From: Planctomycetaceae bacterium
GTDB lineage: Bacteria > Planctomycetota > Planctomycetia > Pirellulales > Pirellulaceae
Direction of reading: 5' to 3'
NCBI GenBank assembly: GCA_027487375.1
Contig: JAIYDQ010000048.1
Span: forward strand, 1 to 55,008
DNA: 55,008 nt
Position numbers and translations under genes: made by a program. Of the stretch, positions 9,909 to 17,198 are shown piece after piece (position 1 is the stretch's first letter; each line of letters starts with the position of its first letter). The notes under the pieces were generated by a model that was not told the DNA's origin, made no database searches, and saw nothing but the letters and a program-made list of their open reading frames with translations.

Positions 9909-10883
9909 TCAAACCGTGGCTCGAGTCCATTCAATCACTGAATGGCACAATAAATCTCGGACCCCCGTGTAAGCGTGATCACCACCGGGAACGACTTGGA
10001 GGGACTGAGACCGGGCTCCGGAGGACTTCCACGTGTCCATTAGGACCTTGTCGGCGTCGCGAAAGCTGGACCTTGGCCCTCGAACTTCATGTTCTCCAAA
10101 AACCCAAAGTGTCGGGCAGGTATTTCGGTCATGGAGAGAATGGTAGTCGTAGCGACTCGCGGGTCCATATTTGTCGATGTAGGTCCCAGCACTCACGATC
10201 ATCGGTTGTGGATAACGAATGGTAAAGAGCGTTTCTGGCTTTCCCGCATCACAAAACTGCTGCGCCTCTGCCAGATTTGCTGCATAAGCCGACGCATACT
10301 TCGCATCATCTTTGAGCGTATTGGATTGCAACCGAGGCGGCGACAGCAAAACGAGTCGCGAAAGCTTGAGAGCAATCTTCTCGGAGTTGGATTCTAACTT
10401 GGATTCGGTATCGCACTGAGAAGCGTACAGCAACGACTTGACGGCTCCCAGGCTATGCCCCAGCAGATTGATTTTTTCGTACCCCTGCCGCTGGACCGCA
10501 TCAACCCAAGCTGCGATGTCGACTGCTCCATCGCAAATCATTTCATAGGCCGCACCGCATCGAGAGTGAGCCGACCCGACGGCGAAGTAGGCAATCGCAT
10601 CACGGCCACGCGTATTAATCCGAAGAACATCCGCACCGATGCTTAGCAGACTGGCCGAAATGGATGATAGGAGTGAGGAATTATAGAAATTACCTGCGAC
10701 CCCGTGGACAATTAACCAACACTCTCGACCGATAGCATGCGTGTCAGGCGAAACCTGTGACTCTTGAAAGAAACCGTGAAGACGTAACCCGTCGATGGTT
10801 TGAGTTTCAACGAGCTTTCCAAATGCACTGCCATCAAACGCCATAGAAAAAGGCTGGTCGACAGACCAGCCCTCCGAATGCAA
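9909..10883 (-). CDS. Alpha/beta-fold hydrolase (possible acyltransferase or thioesterase)
   Basis: 324 aa. It has the nucleophile elbow LLGHSLGAV and a C-terminal GGDHAY candidate catalytic His. The start is TTG at 10883, with an alternative ATG at 10844. Confidence 0.7.
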   Translation of the reverse strand: MHSEGWSVDQPFSMAFDGSAFGKLVETQTIDGLRLHGFFQESQVSPDTHAIGRECWLIVHGVAGNFYNSSLLSSISASLLSIGADVLRINTRGRDAIAYFAVGSAHSRCGAAYEMICDGAVDIAAWVDAVQRQGYEKINLLGHSLGAVKSLLYASQCDTESKLESNSEKIALKLSRLVLLSPPRLQSNTLKDDAKYASAYAANLAEAQQFCDAGKPETLFTIRYPQPMIVSAGTYIDKYGPASRYDYHSLHDRNTCPTLWVFGEHEVRGPRSSFRDADKVLMDTWKSSGARSQSLQVVPGGDHAYTGVRDLLCHSVIEWTRATV

Positions 10884-10904
10884 TAAATTTTCTAATCGAG
10901 CAAA

Positions 10905-12176
10905 CTAGTTGATCGGACTTACGATAACCGGTGGCTGGTTCACAATAAACCCACCATTGTTATTGTCATCGTTGTTGGCAATTGCAGCAGCAACACCTGC
11001 GAGGGCAGCAATCCCGAGAATTCCGCTACCACCCAAGCCTCCGCCAAGTCCGTGTGCTCCGCCACCTCCTCCTCCGAACCCACCCATTCCGCCACCACAA
11101 CCACAGGACTGGGCACACATCGCTTGTTCTTCAACAATAACTTCCGCACAGGCAGGCTCAACAATCGTTTCGCAGATTTCAACAATCGGAGTCTCAACAA
11201 CCGTTTCACAAACTTGTGCGACTTCACAAGTTACCACTTCACAACTGTCAACAACTTCGCAGTTCAGCTTTGGGCAACTCTTGTGGAACAGTCCGACAAG
11301 TTGCTTTCCATCGGCAGAAGTCTGACTGACTTTGGCATCCAAGACTTGGAACGAGGTCGCAACGAAACCGTTTGAACCAGCAGCGATAAATCCGTAGACT
11401 CCTTCACTGAGACCACTGATTCCAAAGTGACCGTTAACGTCGACTTCGCTACGAGCGACTTCAACTCCATCCTTTAACACATAGACCGACATGCCAGTCA
11501 AATTGCTATCGGCCCCTGACATCCCGGAACGAGCGAGTTGCCCCTGAAGCTTGCCTTCAGCATCCAAACGGACGACTGGCGAACTTGCAAATCGACGGTT
11601 CGAAGCAATCGGGTCCGCTGGGGCAGCGACCGAGGAATCGACTCGAGTTAGTGAAGTAGGAACGGTTTGCGAGCGGACAATTTCCTTAATCTTGTCTCCG
11701 GCTGACCGAATAATTCGGACGTCGATGCTACTTGGAAGATGTTCGGCTGATTTATAGTCCAAAATTTGGACCGCAAAAGCCGCTATTGACTGATTCGTTC
11801 GAGAAACAAGGGAGTAAAGCCCAGGCTCTACATCGTTGTAAGTAAAATTTCCGTCGACGTCGGATGTCGCAACGTAAGCGACTTTTCCATCTTTGATCAA
11901 TGCAACCGGCAGCCCCTCGATAGGAACCGACTTGGTGTCCGTTAGCTGTACCAATGTACCGCTTACACGCCCCGATGCATCGGATCGCACCCACTGACGC
12001 GAAAACAAATCATTCAGTGGGCTATCGACGGCTACAGAAGAGGCTGAATCGACAAGGCTGTAGTCAGTCTCGACGCCACGAACCGAATCGCACGGCATGA
12101 AACCAAAACTCGCGAAACCTAGGCTCAATGCGCCCAGGCCAGCGGTTGCGGATCGACCGCGAAACCTAATAAACAT
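10905..12176 (-). CDS. Secreted protein with two carboxypeptidase-regulatory-like beta-sandwich repeats and a Cys/acidic plus Gly-rich C-terminal module
   Basis: The best start is ATG at 12176 (MFIRFRGRSATAGLGALSLGFASFGF, signal-like); the tracked ORF extends to 12251. Two internal repeats of the G-x-V-D-x-N-G-x-F...L-x-x-G-x-Y type are present (DVDGNFTYNDVEPGLYSLV and VDVNGHFGISGLSEGVYGFI). The C-terminus reads CEVVDSCEVVTCEVAQVCETVVETPIVEICETIVEPAC...GCGGGMGGFGGGGGGAHGLGGGLGGSG followed by a hydrophobic segment. Confidence 0.6.
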   Translation of the reverse strand: MFIRFRGRSATAGLGALSLGFASFGFMPCDSVRGVETDYSLVDSASSVAVDSPLNDLFSRQWVRSDASGRVSGTLVQLTDTKSVPIEGLPVALIKDGKVAYVATSDVDGNFTYNDVEPGLYSLVSRTNQSIAAFAVQILDYKSAEHLPSSIDVRIIRSAGDKIKEIVRSQTVPTSLTRVDSSVAAPADPIASNRRFASSPVVRLDAEGKLQGQLARSGMSGADSNLTGMSVYVLKDGVEVARSEVDVNGHFGISGLSEGVYGFIAAGSNGFVATSFQVLDAKVSQTSADGKQLVGLFHKSCPKLNCEVVDSCEVVTCEVAQVCETVVETPIVEICETIVEPACAEVIVEEQAMCAQSCGCGGGMGGFGGGGGGAHGLGGGLGGSGILGIAALAGVAAAIANNDDNNNGGFIVNQPPVIVSPIN

Positions 12177-12535
12177 GATGTACCTCAAGTGATGCTTGGC
12201 TAGCAATAGAACCCTACTGCAGTTATTCATTACCCAAAGTACCCATACCACCCAGCCTGTTCAACCGCTTAATTCCTAATTATCAACAAATTCCTCAATT
12301 GTTCGCATTCGTAATGATGAGTTCTAGAAGCGATTGAACTTCGTCTTTTTTCAGGGATGAGCTTTAAAAACACTAGATTTTCGTCACAGATAGGGAAAGC
12401 AGCAAAAAGTTTCTAAGGCCATAACGACTCAAATGAGACATTTGCGTCGAACTTCCCTGCATCGTTTTGCCTTAGAATGATGGGGAACAACTCCTCTTGA
12501 ACGCCCTGAGTTAAGAGTCCGCCGGGTAAACCGCT

Positions 12536-13573
12536 GTGAAAAATCAATCTATTGTTTATGCAGGCCAAAGCGATTGTGGCCTTAAGCGAAGCTCTAATCA
12601 GGACAGCTTTATCGCTGCCGATTTGACGCGATCGCTCCGAGTCGAATCGACGAACCTGTCCATCCAAACACCATCGCGACTTTGCGGAGGAGCGTTCGGG
12701 CACTTGTTCATCGTTGCAGACGGAATGGGAGGGCACCAAGCAGGAAATCGGGCAAGCGAACTCGCAATCCATTACTTTATCACGAATCTCCTCAACAACT
12801 TGCGATGGACTCTGCGACCCGATCGCAATAGCGAACAATCCTTTCTAGCTGAGCTACAAGACGTTCTGGTCGAAACCCATCGAGCAATAATTTCTGAAAG
12901 TAAATCGACCCCCGAGTTCAAAGGCATGGGAACAACGCTGACGGCCGCGTATGTCGTTTGGCCTCGATTGTGGATCGTGCATGCAGGCGACACGCGATGC
13001 TACATTTCACGACGTGGCGAACTTCAACAACTGACCCGAGATCATACGATGGCAAGCCAGTTGCTTGAGCAAGGTGCTATTACGGCTGAAGAGGCTAGCA
13101 AATCACATTGGGCAAGCGTCCTATGGAATGCCATTGGTGCCGACGCAGACGAAGTTATCGCCGATACTTACCAATTGGAGCTTCAGCCCGGAGATCGACT
13201 CTTGCTCTGCTCCGACGGTTTGAATAAACATGTCGATGACTTGGCCATCAACAAATTACTTCAAAATACCCAAGACCCGACAACCGCGTGTCAAAAGCTG
13301 ATCGACCTAGCGAATTCGCTCGGTGGATCAGACAACATCACAGCCATCGTCGCCAACTTTAGTAAGTACAACGAACCCGAACTCGTTACATCGATAGTTC
13401 CGTCGATTGAACACGAGGCCATTTTGGAAGACCTCAGCCGATTCGCTTCGAACGCCGACACAACAGGCGCATTTCCAGAAATCAAAGGTCAAACGGCTCA
13501 GAAAACTGAAGGCACGAACCCAGAGACAGAATCCTCCAAGGACACTGGAGAGATCGAAACCTTGGACTACTAA
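12536..13573 (+). CDS. PP2C-family Ser/Thr protein phosphatase
   Basis: GTG start. Motifs SDCGLKRSSNQDS, VADGMGGHQAG, LLCSDGL and GGSDNITAIV are present. It has an acidic C-terminal tail. Confidence 0.9.
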   Translation: MKNQSIVYAGQSDCGLKRSSNQDSFIAADLTRSLRVESTNLSIQTPSRLCGGAFGHLFIVADGMGGHQAGNRASELAIHYFITNLLNNLRWTLRPDRNSEQSFLAELQDVLVETHRAIISESKSTPEFKGMGTTLTAAYVVWPRLWIVHAGDTRCYISRRGELQQLTRDHTMASQLLEQGAITAEEASKSHWASVLWNAIGADADEVIADTYQLELQPGDRLLLCSDGLNKHVDDLAINKLLQNTQDPTTACQKLIDLANSLGGSDNITAIVANFSKYNEPELVTSIVPSIEHEAILEDLSRFASNADTTGAFPEIKGQTAQKTEGTNPETESSKDTGEIETLDY

Positions 13574-13584
13574 GAAACCCTCAC

Positions 13585-14925
13585 ATGCGAACCACGCTTT
13601 TCTTTATACCCCACCAACTTGGCCCGTTTCCGCTTTGGGGGTGGGGCTGGGTTGCTTGTGCGATTTTGCTGGTTTATTCGATGGTGTTGCTATATCGATG
13701 GTTTCAAAAGCAACCACTTCAGTCTCTTTGCTCTGATATCGTTGGTTGGTTGATGGTCTTGGCGATCGTCGTTTTCGTAGCCCCCGCAATGGAGACTCGC
13801 TTTCCTGTTCCCTCCGGTGCGGCGGCCGAGTTAACTCCCCAGACGATGCCTGGGTTTGTAGCCGCGACGGACACATCGCCCGCAATGCGAATAGTGGGGC
13901 TGCCGATTCGCGGGTATGGCGTTTTCCTCATGCTTGGGGTGGTATCCGCAGTTTCAATTGTTGCCGTTCGAAGCAAGACCATAGGAGTCTCGATAGATCA
14001 AGTTCTCGCCCTCGCCATCTGGTCAGTAATCGGCGGAATGGTTGGTGCAAGAATGTTTTACGTGATCCAAAAATGGAGCGAAATCAAAGGCGACAGTCTG
14101 GTTGAGAAGCTTTTCGAGGCCTTCAAATTCACAGAAGGAGGCCTTGTTGTCTATGGAGGACTCTTCGGCGGATTGTTGGTTGCCATGATTTGGTGCTTTG
14201 TAAAGAAAGTGCCGATGCTCGCGATCGCTGATCTGGCAACGCCGGCATTCTTGATCGGGCTTGCCTTCGGAAGATTGGGCTGCTTGATGAATGGATGTTG
14301 CTACGGAGGAATTTGTGAGTCTGGACTTCCTGCGATTACTTTTCCAATGGGATCGCCACCCTATGTTGATCAGTTGGTATCAGGAAAACTGGTAGGCATT
14401 CAGTGGTCGGCAACGTCCCTCGGGCGTGATGGAGTACGGATCGAAAAAGTTGAACCCGATAGTTGGGCTCAGACCAATCAACTGCAACCAGGTGACCTGA
14501 TCGACCAACCGAGTCGTTTTCAAATCTCGCCCCCTCCAATCGGATTGGATCCAGCCAGTCCCAGCCAAGTAGAACTGCTTTGGGATCGTAACAGTCAACT
14601 TTGGTCTCCAAGTACCCCGTTGCCCCCGCGTAGCCTTCCGTCGCATCCTTCCCAGATATACGCTTCGATCAACGCCATCCTTTTATGTGGATTTTTGTTC
14701 TGGCTTTGGCCGAACACGCAGCGGTCGGGAACGGTCTTGGGACTTGGATTGATCGGGTACGGAATCAGCCGGATCTTTGAGGAGTTCATCCGTGTTGACG
14801 AATCAGGACAATTCGGAACGTCACTTAGCATCTCGCAATGGATAAGTCTCGTAGGCATCCTGGTCGGGATTGCGATACTCACGGTGCCGAGGGAAAAGGC
14901 TCCGCGGGTTGCGATACCGACTTGA
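13585..14925 (+). CDS. lgt: Prolipoprotein diacylglyceryl transferase, extended form
   Basis: 446 aa. Lgt blocks are GLPIRGYGVFLMLGVV, GGLVVYGGLFGG, GRLGCLMNGCCYGG and PSQIYASINAILL. It has about 100 extra N-terminal residues and an insertion of about 100 residues. Confidence 0.85.
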   Translation: MRTTLFFIPHQLGPFPLWGWGWVACAILLVYSMVLLYRWFQKQPLQSLCSDIVGWLMVLAIVVFVAPAMETRFPVPSGAAAELTPQTMPGFVAATDTSPAMRIVGLPIRGYGVFLMLGVVSAVSIVAVRSKTIGVSIDQVLALAIWSVIGGMVGARMFYVIQKWSEIKGDSLVEKLFEAFKFTEGGLVVYGGLFGGLLVAMIWCFVKKVPMLAIADLATPAFLIGLAFGRLGCLMNGCCYGGICESGLPAITFPMGSPPYVDQLVSGKLVGIQWSATSLGRDGVRIEKVEPDSWAQTNQLQPGDLIDQPSRFQISPPPIGLDPASPSQVELLWDRNSQLWSPSTPLPPRSLPSHPSQIYASINAILLCGFLFWLWPNTQRSGTVLGLGLIGYGISRIFEEFIRVDESGQFGTSLSISQWISLVGILVGIAILTVPREKAPRVAIPT

Positions 14926-15002
14926 TCGATCACCGGTTATGATGGTCCCCAAACGGTCCGCTTTCGAAGCCAAACTAAGTCGTCAGGTTGCAAAGGAAAT
15001 CC

Positions 15003-15860
15003 ATGAGTCTTCAGATTTACATCAACGGTCAGTTCTTCAGCAAGGAAGATGCAAAGATCAGCGTCTATGACCACGGACTGCTCTATGGTGATGGTGTTTT
15101 CGAAGGCTTGCGAGCATACTCGGGCAAGGTCTTCCGTCTTCAACAGCACATCGATCGACTTTACGAATCGGCACGTGCGATCATGCTTGAAATTCCGATG
15201 ACGATGGACGCTCTTTCCGCCGCCGTCAATGAGACCGTAGCGAAGAACTCGCTCCAAGATGCATACATTCGACTAGTGGTCACCCGTGGCTCAGGCGCGC
15301 TAGGGCTCGATCCTAACAAGACGAGCAATCCACAAATCATCATCATCGCTGATTCGATTACGCTCTACCCAGCCGAGTTCTATGAGAAGGGAATGGCGAT
15401 CATAACTGCTAGCACCATTCGAAATCACCCAGCAGCACTCAGCCCTCGTATCAAGTCACTCAACTACCTCAACAATATTTTGGCCAAAATCGAAGGCTTG
15501 CAAGCGGGTTGCGTTGAAGCCCTCATGCTCAACCACAAAGGCGAAGTCGCAGAATGCACCGGGGATAACATCTTTATCGTTAAAGATGGTGTCCTGAAAA
15601 CTCCTCCGACGGACGCGGGTATCCTTGAAGGCATTACGCGCAACGCGGTCATCGATCTTGCTAGAGAACACGGAATACCGTGTATCGAAACAGCCATGAC
15701 TCGTCACGATGTGATTGTCGCCGACGAATGCTTCTTGACCGGCAGTGCCGCAGAAGTCATACCCGTTGTGAAAGTCGATTCACGATCCATCGGTGACGGA
15801 CAAGTCGGCCCAATATCTAAAAAGCTACAATCGGCTTTCAAAAAAATGGTCCGGATGTAA
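15003..15860 (+). CDS. ilvE: Branched-chain-amino-acid aminotransferase (class IV PLP enzyme)
   Basis: ATG at 15003 is preceded by AAGGAAA; the tracked ORF starts at TTG 14988. Strings IYINGQFFSKEDAKISVYDHGLLYGDGVFEGLRAY and AECTGDNIFIV are present. Confidence 0.8.
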   Translation: MSLQIYINGQFFSKEDAKISVYDHGLLYGDGVFEGLRAYSGKVFRLQQHIDRLYESARAIMLEIPMTMDALSAAVNETVAKNSLQDAYIRLVVTRGSGALGLDPNKTSNPQIIIIADSITLYPAEFYEKGMAIITASTIRNHPAALSPRIKSLNYLNNILAKIEGLQAGCVEALMLNHKGEVAECTGDNIFIVKDGVLKTPPTDAGILEGITRNAVIDLAREHGIPCIETAMTRHDVIVADECFLTGSAAEVIPVVKVDSRSIGDGQVGPISKKLQSAFKKMVRM

Positions 15861-15902
15861 CTTCGAGTGGAACCCCCTGCATAAGGCTCCGTTTCTAAAC
15901 AC

Positions 15903-15957
15903 GTAGCGGCGTCTCTCCGAGACGCGAGATTGCAGCGTCTCGGAGAGACGCTGCGAC
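15903..15957. repeat. Double GAGAC hairpin (family A)
   Basis: GCGTCTC-TCC-GAGACGC (15909-15925) and CAGCGTCTC-GGA-GAGACGCTG (15933-15953) are reverse complements of one another. The region can fold as two small hairpins or as one hairpin of about 23 bp. Confidence 0.7.
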
Positions 15958-16000
15958 GTGGAAACGAGTATAGAAACAGAAGCTAACCTTCACTACATCG

Positions 16001-16134
16001 ATTCTTAGGTTGATGTAGCTATCGATTAAGCATGATGACCAGTCGTATGATAGGCTTGCAGCCTGTCCATAGCGAAACCGACAGGCTGCAAGCCTTTCCT
16101 ACCGGAATCTGGCTAGCTACCGTTACCTGAGAAT
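16001..16134. repeat. Foldback (MITE/REP-like) element, family B copy 1
   Basis: Terminal inverted repeats ATTCTTAGGT and ACCTGAGAAT. The central stem is a perfect 16 bp, AGGCTTGCAGCCTGTC (16052-16067) with GACAGGCTGCAAGCCT (16080-16095). The arms align with 52079-52197. Confidence 0.7.
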
Positions 16135-16230
16135 TGCTCTAATGTGTCATGAACACTTACGGGGGTACGAGGATTCTGTTCGTGGCCAATCCGAACGGGC
16201 TGGAGTTCGTGAAACACGTCCCACGTGCGG

Positions 16231-16722
16231 CTATCGAAACTTCGCGGCTGCTTCTACCGCCATCACGTCGCAGCGCTCATTTTCGGGATGTCCGGCATGG
16301 CCTTTGACATGATGAAATGAAATGTCGTGAGTTTGTTTGAGCGAGTCGAGTATCTTCCAAAGATCGGCGTTTTTCAACTCTTCAAAGCGGGAGCCTGACT
16401 TCCTACGCCATCCATTCTTTTTCCAGCCGGCCATCCAAGAATTCAAGCCCTGCAAAACGTATTGACTGTCCGAATAGAGCTGCACATTACACGGTCGCGA
16501 CAAGGCCTTTAGCCCCTCGATCACGGCCATTAACTCCATTCGATTGTTGGTCGTCATTGGCTCGCCCCCTGATTCTGCTCGTTCCTTCTTAGTCGGACCG
16601 TCACGCAGAATATAAGCCCAACCTCCAGGCCCCGGATTACCGCTACATGCGCCATCGGTAAAAAGTGAAATCAGCCGCCGACCAACCGGCGCATCGCCAC
16701 CATCAATGCGATCGTCTGTCAT
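16231..16722 (-). CDS. rnhA: Ribonuclease HI
   Basis: ATG at 16722; the tracked TTG start is at 16731. Motifs FTDGACSGNPGPGGWAYIL, TNNRMELMAVIEGL, LYSDSQYV and VKGHAGHPENERCD are present. Confidence 0.9.
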   Translation of the reverse strand: MTDDRIDGGDAPVGRRLISLFTDGACSGNPGPGGWAYILRDGPTKKERAESGGEPMTTNNRMELMAVIEGLKALSRPCNVQLYSDSQYVLQGLNSWMAGWKKNGWRRKSGSRFEELKNADLWKILDSLKQTHDISFHHVKGHAGHPENERCDVMAVEAAAKFR

Positions 16723-17156
16723 GAAAAGCAAAATGTCTACGAGTATAGTTTTAGAACGCCCCAGGCTCTAAAGCCCGACAAGACCCGCAGTATATCCCAA
16801 ATCTTTTATTTTGACTTCGGCAGGTCGCCAAATCCCCGAAGCCCGACGCGACGAGTTCACCTGCCCCGTTAGGATTTTCTTTTGTGTTAAACCGAATCAC
16901 CTTTAGAAACCCTAATAGATCTGCATGACTGGGACCTGTGGACATACTTCGACCATATTGACAACAACATGTACCCCTTAAGTTTCCCCCCCATTTGCAC
17001 CAGATACTTTGAAATTTTGCACATAGCAATTTCAGCTTTACAACATTCGTGACGAATGCGATTGGCGGCTACCGCTACGCGCAGGGCCGAATCGCGCTCA
17101 AGAGCCCCTAATCCATTCTGCCTTTTCCCCAATCAGATCAGTGTTCTTGAGTAGGT

Positions 17157-17189
17157 CTCATGGTTCCGCGCAGATACTGCAACCATGAG
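17157..17189 (-). terminator. Stem-loop 10 nt downstream of the CrtI-family gene stop (putative terminator, no U-tract)
   Basis: CTCATGGTT pairs with AACCATGAG (9 bp), with an inner GCAG-ATA-CTGC stem. Confidence 0.35.
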
Positions 17190-17198
17190 CTTTGCTCA

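Noticed and set aside
10909-11325. 138-aa plus-strand ORF rich in Pro/Ala/Thr (PPKPPPSPCAPPPPPPNPPIPPPQPQ)
   Set aside because: It is the antisense reading of the Gly- and Cys/Glu/Val-rich 3' end of gene 10905..12176. This is a low-complexity mirror artefact with no independent signals.
15903-16134. Possible CRISPR array or tRNA-like structure, because of dense palindromes
   Set aside because: There are no regularly spaced identical direct repeats with unique spacers. The units are inverted repeats or foldbacks of different lengths. No cloverleaf with a T-loop GTTCGAATC-type box was found here or in any other intergenic gap.
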